From Candidatus Omnitrophota bacterium (GTDB lineage Bacteria; Omnitrophota; Omnitrophia; Omnitrophales; Aquincolibacteriaceae), in assembly GCA_903856085.1 (NCBI GenBank), contig CAIOAT010000013.1, positions 231,430 through 295,429 on the forward strand: DNA of 64,000 nucleotides, in the 5' to 3' direction. Every line of letters starts with the position of its first letter. Position 1 is the first letter of the stretch. The notes under the pieces are model-generated. The model was not told the origin of the DNA. It was given only the letters and a program-made list of their open reading frames with translations, and searched no databases. The position numbers were made by a program, and so were the translations under genes. Positions 39,001-47,934 of this stretch are shown piece after piece.

Positions 39001-39238
39001 ATTTTGAAACAATGATATCCGTCGCGAGCTGACTCCAGCTCTCCGGGACCTCCACGTTCTCCATCTTGAAGACCACGGAGCCGTCCGGGTTGGTAATCAC
39101 CGAGCTGCGCTTGACATATTTGATCTCATCCAGCGGATGCACGTCCGGTTTCGTAAAAAACCTCTTAAAAACAAGACCTTTCCCTGAATGCGTTGCTTCC
39201 TGGAGCGCAGATAGCTTCTCGGTCTTCATAATACTCAT
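36062..39238 (-). CDS. nrdJ: Adenosylcobalamin-dependent (class II) ribonucleotide reductase
   Basis: 1058 aa. Class II RNR N-terminal region, an active-site region [21 protein letters not shown], and a C-terminal Cys-rich zinc module [21 protein letters not shown]. Confidence 0.85.
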   Translation of the reverse strand: [1058 protein letters not shown]

Positions 39239-39269
39239 TCTCCTCTTAAACTTTTTAAAAGCTTATTAA

Positions 39270-39320
39270 ACATTACTATATGTTGATGTATCTGATGGAG
39301 CTATCCACTACATATAGTAT
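39270..39320. promoter_or_regulatory. Two candidate NrdR-box-like imperfect palindromes (ACATTACTATATGTTGA and CCACTACATATAGTAT) about 33 bp apart, upstream of nrdJ
   Basis: They resemble the NrdR operator consensus acaCtATATaTagtGt. Tandem arrangement in a 430-bp AT-rich non-coding leader. Confidence 0.35.
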
Positions 39321-39665
39321 CGCTTTCGAATTTTTTTTCTTTAATCTTTTTTCGTTGATGGAATCTCTTGGGTGTTAAGGCTTACGTGCTTTTCCGCCCT
39401 AATCTTCTTGTTTTTCGTTAAGAGTGATCCGGAGCGCCCTGATGGCCGTTATATTTTTTTACTATTAAAAATCAAGGTTTTTCAAAATTCAAGAATGCTT
39501 CACGAATACTTTGAATTATAAAAATCTTTTAATTTTAAAAACTTTGCTCTCAACGCGCAATCCCACATGATATTTTTTCGACAGCTCGTTCAGCGAGTGG
39601 AATTCTAACAAAGAAATTTTCGAAGTCAAACGGTTATTAAATTTTTTTTCAAAAATTTTTATTAA

Positions 39666-41057
39666 TTATTTACCAATGCAGAATTCCGAGAAGATCACGT
39701 CCAAAAGATCCTCGGAATAGACCTCTCCGGTCAGTTCTTTTATGGCCTCCAGGGTTACGCGAAGGTCCGGCGTCACGAACTCAAGCGACATTCTTTCTTG
39801 GAACGACTGTTCGGCTCGCCGCAAAGTTTCAAGTGAAGCTTCTAAAGCTTTTTTGTGCCGCAGCTTGGTGATCTGTTCCCCCGTTTCGGAAGTTTCCTGC
39901 TCCAAAAAATCCGCGATCTGCTGTTCCAGCTCTTTAAAGCCTTCGCGCGTCTTGGCAGAAAGATGGATGGCGGATTTATCGCCGACGAACGACTTCATTT
40001 CCTTCTCTTGGATCCGGGACGAGAGATCGGACTTGTTCAGCAACACAATCACCTTCTTGTCTTGAGGAATATGTTGAAAAACATGCCGATCGGTCTCTTC
40101 GAATGAAGCGGAGCTGTCCACTGTGAACAAAACCATATGACTTTCGTGAAGCGCATCAATCGTCCGGTCCATGCCCATCTTGTCAAGCGGATGCCCCGCC
40201 GCGGAGATCAGTCCCGCGGTATCGCGCAATCGCACAAAAAATCCGCGGATCTCGAGCGCTTCTTCCAGTTGATCGCGCGTGGTGTGCGGCAGATCGGAAA
40301 CAAGCGCACGGTCACGTTCGAGAAGCGCGTTAAAGATAGAAGATTTCCCGACATTGGGTTTTCCCACCAACGTGACGAGAATGCCCTCACGGATCAACTG
40401 ATTGCGTGCAAAGCCCGTAATGAGTGCGCTGATTTTTTCCCGGACCTTCGTGAATTGTCCCTGCATACCGTCCTTCACATCCACCGCTAGATCTTCTTCT
40501 GGAAAATCAAGATGGGCCTCCATATGCGCCAAAAGACGAATGAGCTCGTCCTTTAATTCTTTGAACGTGCGCGAAAGCGAGCCGGAAAGTTGGCGAATGG
40601 CACTATCGAGTGAGCGTTCGCTTTTAGCATGGATCAGATCGAGCACGGCCTCGGCCTGCGTGAGATCGAGTTTTCCGTTCAGGAATGCACGGCGCGTGAA
40701 TTCTCCAGGCTCAGCGTGACGGACACCCCTCCCGAGCAGGAGCGCCAGGATCTTTTTTGTGACCGCGAGCCCTCCGTGACAGCTGATTTCAATCACGTCC
40801 TGGCCTGTATAGGATTGAGGAGCGCGGAAAATACTGACCAGCACCTGGTCTACGGGGAGCCCGGCTGGGTCCATGAATTTCCCCCAACAAATCGTATTCG
40901 CCGGCCTCGAGCTCAGTTTTTTATCTTCATGCGCGACAAAGAACGGCTCGACCGCTTCGAATGCCCCTGGGCCGCTCACACGGATCACCGCAATGCCGCC
41001 CTCTCCAGCTGGAGTCGCAACCGCTGTAATCGTGTCATCTAATTCAAATTTAGTCAT
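39666..41057 (-). CDS. mnmE: tRNA modification GTPase MnmE (TrmE)
   Basis: N-terminal THF-binding domain (DTITAVATPAGEGGIAVIRVSG), a G-domain GKPNVGKSSIFNAL, and the C-terminal CIGK. Confidence 0.9.
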   Translation of the reverse strand: MTKFELDDTITAVATPAGEGGIAVIRVSGPGAFEAVEPFFVAHEDKKLSSRPANTICWGKFMDPAGLPVDQVLVSIFRAPQSYTGQDVIEISCHGGLAVTKKILALLLGRGVRHAEPGEFTRRAFLNGKLDLTQAEAVLDLIHAKSERSLDSAIRQLSGSLSRTFKELKDELIRLLAHMEAHLDFPEEDLAVDVKDGMQGQFTKVREKISALITGFARNQLIREGILVTLVGKPNVGKSSIFNALLERDRALVSDLPHTTRDQLEEALEIRGFFVRLRDTAGLISAAGHPLDKMGMDRTIDALHESHMVLFTVDSSASFEETDRHVFQHIPQDKKVIVLLNKSDLSSRIQEKEMKSFVGDKSAIHLSAKTREGFKELEQQIADFLEQETSETGEQITKLRHKKALEASLETLRRAEQSFQERMSLEFVTPDLRVTLEAIKELTGEVYSEDLLDVIFSEFCIGK

Positions 41058-41075
41058 AGGGCTCTCGCACAACGA

Positions 41076-42380
41076 TCATCCATCGACACGCAACGAAATG
41101 CTTTTCCGTTGCGCTGATTTTAAAATCTTTCTAGCCTCGCCTACTAAATAGAACGATCCTGTCACAACCACTCGTGCTCCGGGATCCGTTGCTTGCCTGA
41201 CGATTTTCAAGGCTTCATCGATATTCTGGGCCGTGAGAACGCATTTGAAAAGCCCTTTCGCTTCTTCAACGAGCATCGCGATAGGTTTAGCGCGATTTCC
41301 CGCGATCCCGGCCAGAATCACTTTCGGGAATAATCCGCTAGCCACCTTCAGCATCTCACGGCTGTTTTTATCATTCATAGCGCCGAACACCAGCCATAGA
41401 TCTCTTTCCTTGTTCGCACCGGATGTGGCTGAGGAAGGCCGGAGCGATCTAACAAGCTCCTTCATCGAGATCGGATTGTGCGCACCGTCTAAAATGAACC
41501 GGCGACCGCTTCGTTGAAAACTTTCCATCCGTCCTTTCCAGTTCCGGCCTCTCAGTCCTTCCTTTGATCGTTCAAGAGACAGGGAAATATCAAAATACTC
41601 CGTTAATACAGTCGCCACCTTCAAAGCAACGCCAGCATTCATCTTTTGGAAATCTCCGGCAAGCCCGATCGGAATACTGGAGACAGGTTTTGCCTTCCAT
41701 AAAGTGCCTTGGTTTGCTTTCACCGCGCGGCGGATTACGCGCAAAGCGGCCGGAAATTGTTTACCGATCACCACATGACCATGAGGTTTGATGATCGCGG
41801 CTTTCTCTCTGGCGATCTTGGTGATCGTATTACCAAGGAATGCTTCATGATCGAGGTGAATGGGTGTCAGGATCACAAGCGGCGCTTTAAGAACATTCGT
41901 CGCATCAAGTCGCCCGCCAAGCCCGATCTCAAAAATACCGACTCTGACACCTTTCTTCGCAAAGATCCAAATGGCAAGAAATGTCAAAATCTCAAAATAG
42001 GTCAGAACGCCCCATCCCTTGGGAAGAGGTTTTGTCTGAAGCCGTTTCCGGATCACAGAAAGACCTTCGGCCCAAAGTTTCGGGGAGACCATGTCCCCCT
42101 GAACGCGTATTCTTTCCCGCGGATCTTCAACATGGGGCGAGTGATAATAACCGGCCTGAACACCATTAGCTTTCAGGATGGATTCGAGAAAAAACCCGGT
42201 TGACCCTTTTCCTGTGGTGCCTGCAACCAGAATGGAGAAAAATTTTCTTTCCGGATGGCCGCCGCCTTTGAGCAAATGCTCCATTCTCCGGAGATTGAAA
42301 AATGGATTCTTGGGGAACTGCGCGAGCTTCTCGAGGTCGGTAAAGGAATTCAGATAGCGAAGAGCTTCGGAGTAGTTCAT
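41076..42380 (-). CDS. folC: Bifunctional folylpolyglutamate synthase/dihydrofolate synthase
   Basis: Mur-ligase family. P-loop VAGTTGKGST. Confidence 0.8.
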   Translation of the reverse strand: MNYSEALRYLNSFTDLEKLAQFPKNPFFNLRRMEHLLKGGGHPERKFFSILVAGTTGKGSTGFFLESILKANGVQAGYYHSPHVEDPRERIRVQGDMVSPKLWAEGLSVIRKRLQTKPLPKGWGVLTYFEILTFLAIWIFAKKGVRVGIFEIGLGGRLDATNVLKAPLVILTPIHLDHEAFLGNTITKIAREKAAIIKPHGHVVIGKQFPAALRVIRRAVKANQGTLWKAKPVSSIPIGLAGDFQKMNAGVALKVATVLTEYFDISLSLERSKEGLRGRNWKGRMESFQRSGRRFILDGAHNPISMKELVRSLRPSSATSGANKERDLWLVFGAMNDKNSREMLKVASGLFPKVILAGIAGNRAKPIAMLVEEAKGLFKCVLTAQNIDEALKIVRQATDPGARVVVTGSFYLVGEARKILKSAQRKSISLRVDG

Positions 42381-42452
42381 GTTCTCGGGAAGCGGGAAAC
42401 GTCAAACGGGGAACGATTCGTTAACCGTTCAGCGTTTCCCGTTCCTCGCATT

Positions 42453-44030
42453 TTAATGTTTAAAATGCCGCTCGCCGGTAAAAGCCATGGCAATGCCAGC
42501 CTGATCACAAGCCGCGATCACGTCCGCGTCGCGGATCGAACCGCCGGGTTGAATGATGGCCTTGATCTTATGCTTGGCCGCCATTTCGATGGAGTCCGGC
42601 ATGGGGAAAAAAGCATCACTACCGAGCATTGCGCCTTCGGTAAGATACCCTGCTTTTTGCATCGCGATCTGGACTGAATCTACACGTGACATCTGCCCCG
42701 CTCCGATCCCGACCGTATGCTTGCCCTGTGTGAGGACAATGGCATTCGACTTCACAACTTTGGAGCACTGGAAAGCAAAGATCAGCTCCTCAGTCTCCGC
42801 CTCCGAAAGCTTGGCTTTCGTGACAAAGTTCAGTTTCTTTTTCAACCCTGCCATGTGATCCTTGATGGGCCTGTTTTTCTCTTGAACGAGAATCCCCGTA
42901 CGCAGAAATTTGACGTCATAAAGGTTTTCATCGCGAAACTGATGGACCTCGATCAGCCGGAGATTCTTCCGGGCCTTGAGAAGCTTCAGCGCTCCGGGTT
43001 TAAAAGACGGGGCGACCAACACTTCGAAAAACGCGAGCTTCTCGAGAACTTTTTCCGCGATCTTGCGATCACAACAACGGTTCACCCCTACGATCCCGCC
43101 GAAGGCTGAAAGAATATCGCCGTCGATTGCTTTGTCGACCGCCACCAAAGCCTGCGTGTCCTGCGCGATACCGCAAGGATTGTTGTGTTTGATCACACAC
43201 GCCGCCGGCGCGTTGAATTCGGCAAGTACATCGAGCGTCGCGTCGACATCCATGAGATTGTTGAAAGAAAGTTCCTTGCCATGAAGCTGGGTCCAGGAAG
43301 CCGAAGCCTTGTGGGTCGTCGGGATATAATAAGCCGCCTTTTGGTGCGGGTTCTCGCCGTACCGGAGATCCTGGGCCTTTTTGAAATGGAATACGAATTG
43401 CGGCGGCAACGCGGGTTCTTCGCTGGTCTTTTTCTTATGCTTTGCCATGAACTGACTGATCACGGCATCATAGGCAGAAGTTTTCTCGAAAACCTTTTGG
43501 GAAAGAGCGAAGCGTGTTTCGTCCGTCACGCTTCCTTTGTGCTGATCGAGTTCTTGGGCCACGCGCTCATAATCCGCCACATCCGTGATCACGGTCACCG
43601 ACTGATAGTTCTTCGCTGCGGAACGGAGCATCGAAGGACCTCCGATATCAATAAATTCTTTGGCGTCGTCCATGCTCAGGTTTCCCTTGCTCGTAGCTTC
43701 CTCGAAAGGATAGAGATTCACGACCACAAGGTCGATGGGCTTAATGCCATGCGCCTTAACTTGTTTTTGGTGGCTTTTTTTGTGGCGGAGAAAAAGAAGA
43801 CCCCCGTGGATCTTCGGGTGAAGAGTCTTCACGCGCCCGTCGAGCATTTCCGGAAATCCCGTGTAATCTTCAACCGCCATCGCTGGAACTTTGGCTTCCT
43901 TAAGGGCTTTCAAAGTGCCGCCGGTGGAGAGAATTTCCGCGCCATGCTTGCGCAGTGTTTTAGCAAAAGGAATAAGACCGGTTTTGTCAGAGACGCTGAT
44001 GAGTGCGCGGCGAACGGTATGGCGTGACAT
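42453..44030 (-). CDS. purH: Bifunctional AICAR transformylase/IMP cyclohydrolase
   Basis: MGS-like N-terminal domain (RALISVSDKTGL) and a C-terminal AICARFT domain. Confidence 0.9.
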   Translation of the reverse strand: MSRHTVRRALISVSDKTGLIPFAKTLRKHGAEILSTGGTLKALKEAKVPAMAVEDYTGFPEMLDGRVKTLHPKIHGGLLFLRHKKSHQKQVKAHGIKPIDLVVVNLYPFEEATSKGNLSMDDAKEFIDIGGPSMLRSAAKNYQSVTVITDVADYERVAQELDQHKGSVTDETRFALSQKVFEKTSAYDAVISQFMAKHKKKTSEEPALPPQFVFHFKKAQDLRYGENPHQKAAYYIPTTHKASASWTQLHGKELSFNNLMDVDATLDVLAEFNAPAACVIKHNNPCGIAQDTQALVAVDKAIDGDILSAFGGIVGVNRCCDRKIAEKVLEKLAFFEVLVAPSFKPGALKLLKARKNLRLIEVHQFRDENLYDVKFLRTGILVQEKNRPIKDHMAGLKKKLNFVTKAKLSEAETEELIFAFQCSKVVKSNAIVLTQGKHTVGIGAGQMSRVDSVQIAMQKAGYLTEGAMLGSDAFFPMPDSIEMAAKHKIKAIIQPGGSIRDADVIAACDQAGIAMAFTGERHFKH

Positions 44031-44865
44031 CGTGTTGAACCCTCCTCTTAAAGAAACGGTGCAGTTTTGAAGTGACGAGCCCCGGTTTCCCCGAACCGAT
44101 CACGCGACCATCCAGCTCACGGACCGGCAAAATCCCCCAGGAAGTATTGCAAAGAAAAGCTTCATCAGCATTGAAAAATTCATGCCGTGTCAGCGGAATT
44201 TCTCGAACATGAAACCCGGATTCGAGGGTGCATTTTATCACAAACCTCCGAGTCACTCCATTCAAGATTAGGTGCTCCGGCGGCGTGAAGAGCGTCGCGC
44301 CACCCTTTTCTCCAGACCCAACGAATGGGGAACGATATTTGACGAGGAAAAAGTTGCCGATGCGGGTTTCGGTCAGAAAGTTTTGGTGATCCAGGAATAC
44401 CCATTCATAGATCCTGTCCGAATGCGGTTCGGTACTCGCCAGTATCGCCTGCTGGTAGGCGGAGGCCTTGGCTTGCCAAGGGAAGGTATTCGGCCCGCCG
44501 CGCGGAAAAGACGCGGTCTTGAGAACCACTCCTTTTTTATAAAGTTCTTTCGCATGTTCCCGACTGCCCAGGATCACAAATGTCTGTCCTTCCCATAACG
44601 TCAGACGGACATAACAGTCCTTTTGCCCAAAGGCCCGAAGCGCCGCTTTCAATTCCCGCCGGAGCTCCGCCGATTCAGGAAATGGCCGGTACCCCACCGT
44701 CCTTGCCGATTCCAAAAGCCGGGAGAGATGATCTTCCTCGTGAAGGATCCGGCCGCCGTAAGCACGCATGCTCTCAAAAATGCCGACCGCTTCCGTTCGC
44801 ATGAGATCAAACGGAAGTTCTCCATTCACTTCTTTGCCGTTTTGGTAGATTTTATAGTTCATCAT
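43987..44865 (-). CDS. pabC: Aminodeoxychorismate lyase (class IV aminotransferase fold)
   Basis: Class IV aminotransferase motifs. Stop-start ATGA overlap with pabB. A 44-nt overlap with the purH start. Confidence 0.6.
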   Translation of the reverse strand: MMNYKIYQNGKEVNGELPFDLMRTEAVGIFESMRAYGGRILHEEDHLSRLLESARTVGYRPFPESAELRRELKAALRAFGQKDCYVRLTLWEGQTFVILGSREHAKELYKKGVVLKTASFPRGGPNTFPWQAKASAYQQAILASTEPHSDRIYEWVFLDHQNFLTETRIGNFFLVKYRSPFVGSGEKGGATLFTPPEHLILNGVTRRFVIKCTLESGFHVREIPLTRHEFFNADEAFLCNTSWGILPVRELDGRVIGSGKPGLVTSKLHRFFKRRVQHDVTPYRSPRTHQRL

Positions 44866-46319
44866 GATTGGTATAGCGTGCGGGGTACGGAATGCGGCGA
44901 AAAGATACCCGCGCTGTACGAGGTGCGGCGCACGCCTTTCTCGGAGCTGGCAGAAACCAGCGCCGAAATAAGCGCTCTAGCCTTATGCAATGTTTCTTCG
45001 TATTCTTTTTCAGGATCTGAATCATTCACGATCCCGGCGCCCACCTGCAAATGTCCTTTGCCCTTCCGCAAGAGCATCGTCCGGATCACAATATTCAGGT
45101 CCATATCCCCGCAAAGATCGATATAACCGAGTGAGCCCGTGTAAACCCCGCGGCGCACGGGTTCCAATTCGTCAATAATTTCCATACACCGGATCTTGGG
45201 ACATCCCGTGATCGTCCCTCCCGGAAACAAGGCCTGGATCACGTCCAGCGCGTCTTTTCCTTTTTGGAGATGCCCCGTAACCTTGGAAACGATATGCACC
45301 ACGTGGGAATATCTTTCAAGCGTCATAAACTCCCGAACTTTCACGGAGCGATAGTCGCAGACACGACCGAGATCGTTGCGCTCGAGATCCACAAGCATCA
45401 AATGCTCGGCCTTCTCTTTTTCATTTTGAAGGAGCTTTTTACGCCATGCCACAAATTGCCTCGCAGGACCGTGGGCGGGGCACGTCCCTGCGATCGGCCG
45501 AGTCTCGCAAACGCGTCCCTTCTTCAGGATCAGTCTTTCCGGCGACGAGCTGACGATCTCAAGATCTCCGGTTTTCAAAAAACAGGAAAAAGGCGACGGA
45601 TTGATCGCGCGGAGCTTTCCATACAACGCCAGCGAAGAACCTTCGTAGCCGAAAGAAAAACGTTGTGACAGATTCGCCTGATAAATATCCCCAGCCGCGA
45701 TGTAGTCTTTGGCCTTTTCCACCATCGATTGAAATCGCTCTTTCGTCATCTCTGCCGTAAACTTTTTCAGCTTAAAAGGCTTCCCTTTTCTTCCTATTGA
45801 ATTTTTAAAGTAAGTTTTGATTTTTTTCGCACGCCGCACGCCGCAAGCTTTACTAGCGTTCTGCCTCGCCAAATAATAAACCTTTTTTTTGTGATCATAC
45901 ACGATCACATCCCGGAACAACGCGAAATAGACATGGGGAGCGTCTGGCGCAGGCTTCGTCCTGAATTTTATTTTGTCACAAAGGTCCGCGGCTTCGTATC
46001 CAAAATAACCAACAAATCCACCGGCAAAAAACGGACGCGCGCTTCTGGGAGAAATCTGGTATTTTTTGAGGATTTTCCTGAGCATTGGGAAAAGTTCGTC
46101 GGCAGGATATTTTCCGCACTCTTCCCCCTTTATATGAAGACCGTCTCTGTCGAGCCGAATCTCAAGAGAAGGGTCCATCCCGATATAGGAATACACCTGG
46201 TCGGGCGGCGCATAGTGGGGACTGTCCAGAAAGAAACAAGTTTGGGAATCCGCGTAAACGGCTTGAAAAACTTCCCAGGGGGTTTTGGAAGAATGGAAGG
46301 TTTCGATCACAAGGGGCAT
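44862..46319 (-). CDS. pabB: Aminodeoxychorismate synthase component I
   Basis: Chorismate-binding enzyme family (GDIYQANL, PGGTITGCPK, SLGYID). Assigned PabB because it is coupled to pabC. It could instead be TrpE. Confidence 0.6.
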   Translation of the reverse strand: MPLVIETFHSSKTPWEVFQAVYADSQTCFFLDSPHYAPPDQVYSYIGMDPSLEIRLDRDGLHIKGEECGKYPADELFPMLRKILKKYQISPRSARPFFAGGFVGYFGYEAADLCDKIKFRTKPAPDAPHVYFALFRDVIVYDHKKKVYYLARQNASKACGVRRAKKIKTYFKNSIGRKGKPFKLKKFTAEMTKERFQSMVEKAKDYIAAGDIYQANLSQRFSFGYEGSSLALYGKLRAINPSPFSCFLKTGDLEIVSSSPERLILKKGRVCETRPIAGTCPAHGPARQFVAWRKKLLQNEKEKAEHLMLVDLERNDLGRVCDYRSVKVREFMTLERYSHVVHIVSKVTGHLQKGKDALDVIQALFPGGTITGCPKIRCMEIIDELEPVRRGVYTGSLGYIDLCGDMDLNIVIRTMLLRKGKGHLQVGAGIVNDSDPEKEYEETLHKARALISALVSASSEKGVRRTSYSAGIFSPHSVPRTLYQS

Positions 46320-46361
46320 AAAACATCCCAGAAACGTTCGAGGATTTCGCGGATTTTGAAA

Positions 46362-47696
46362 TTATGCTTTATGCGAATAAAAAACAAGCCCAGTAGCGAG
46401 CTTGGGATAGAAATAGGTGGATTTCTGCGGCATGCGTTCGTTCACGGCGCCCATTTTCTCGAGCATTTCGACCTTGGGCGGCTGCAGGAGAAAAACAGCT
46501 TGTGCCTCGCCCTTTTGGAGCGGTGCCACAGCCCCATCGACCGTGTGTTCGAATTTCAGGACCCCCTCCCACCGGTCTTCCGTAAGCCCAAGCAATTCAG
46601 CAAAGATCAAATGCGCGAGCACGTTCACATTAAGATCGTACCAGATTGCGGGCTTCCCTTGGATCATCTTCTTTTTAGCTTTTTCTTTATCGATCAGGGT
46701 GAGAAGGAAATTCCCCTCCTTGACCACCAACCCGAATGTCCGCCCCGCATGATCGTAGGAAGCTGTCATCTTTTTCAGTTCTGAAAGCGGGACTTTTTCC
46801 ACCTTAAAATATTCTCCGAGCCGGCGGAGGATCTCGCCATCCGTCATATCAAGTTTCGTCACGATCCGGTGCGTGGGAAGGACAATGAAACCCGGATCAT
46901 CAAAACTCACGAGGGCCATATACATATAATCGCATGGGGAAATGACCTTGCCAGAGGCCTTCTGTTCTTCCCGCTTTAACCGGGCATATTCCAGGGCGGT
47001 TTCATAACGGTGATGCCCGTCCGCGATATAGATCTTTTTGGATTGCAAGGCGTTGTGAAGTTTGACGAGAATATCCGCATCTTCGATGGCCAAAAGCTTG
47101 TGAGTTATCTTGTCATCATCTTCCGCTTCGAACACGGTCTTGGAATTCATAGGGTCCTGAATGATGACCCCGACCTGCAATCCTTCATCTTTATAAAGAC
47201 CAAATACCGGAGAAAAATTGGTTTGCACGGTTTTGAGAAGCCGCATCCGATCCGCCTTTGGGCCGCTGAGCGTTTTTTCATGAGGAACGATAATGCCTTT
47301 TTCGAACGGCTCAAGCCGGACACGCCCGAGCAGCGCGGATCGATTCTTGACGGAACCTGTCGCGGGATCCTTAAAGGTCTGGCGATATACATAGAAGCAG
47401 GGCTCCTTCTCCTGGATCAAAATGCCTTGCTCTTGCCATGCCTTGAATGCGTCGCGAGCGCGCGTATAGCTGTTACTTTGGTCGGTATCGGCGGGATCTT
47501 TCTTATTCAGAATAAGACGGATGCAATTAAACGGTGATCGGTCATAAAGTTTCTGCTGTTTTTCCGGGGAGATCACATCGTAGGGCGGCGCTAGAACGGT
47601 GGAAATATTGACACGATCCGTGTTGTAACGCCACGCCTTCAAAGGTTGGAAATCGAGATTCGCTTTTGAGGCTGTGGAAGCTTGCGGGCTGTTCAT
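46362..47696 (-). CDS. DUF1015 domain-containing protein
   Basis: LKAWRYNTDRV, VLAPPYDVIS and IADGHHRYE signatures. Start set at MNSPQAST. The ORF track's 173-aa low-complexity N-extension was rejected. Confidence 0.6.
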   Translation of the reverse strand: MNSPQASTASKANLDFQPLKAWRYNTDRVNISTVLAPPYDVISPEKQQKLYDRSPFNCIRLILNKKDPADTDQSNSYTRARDAFKAWQEQGILIQEKEPCFYVYRQTFKDPATGSVKNRSALLGRVRLEPFEKGIIVPHEKTLSGPKADRMRLLKTVQTNFSPVFGLYKDEGLQVGVIIQDPMNSKTVFEAEDDDKITHKLLAIEDADILVKLHNALQSKKIYIADGHHRYETALEYARLKREEQKASGKVISPCDYMYMALVSFDDPGFIVLPTHRIVTKLDMTDGEILRRLGEYFKVEKVPLSELKKMTASYDHAGRTFGLVVKEGNFLLTLIDKEKAKKKMIQGKPAIWYDLNVNVLAHLIFAELLGLTEDRWEGVLKFEHTVDGAVAPLQKGEAQAVFLLQPPKVEMLEKMGAVNERMPQKSTYFYPKLATGLVFYSHKA

Positions 47697-47934
47697 AAGG
47701 ACGGGATAGTAGCATACGGTCTCTTCTTTGACAAGAATATCACTGCGTAGGACGTACGAAGTACGGCTCACTGACTCGCCCGCAAAGGTTTCAAGAAATT
47801 CATTACCGCACCCGCTTGTAAAAGAGTTTTTACTGAATGAAGGACAAGTGCGACAGAGAGCAAATTTTTGTTTGGGGAACGATGACGGCGTTATAAGATA
47901 GCTCCTATTATCAGACTGGGGAGACGTTTTCACT

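Noticed and set aside
45891-46784. 297-aa plus-strand ORF
   Set aside because: It is antisense to pabB and the DUF1015 gene, and spans their intergenic gap, which a real gene would not do.
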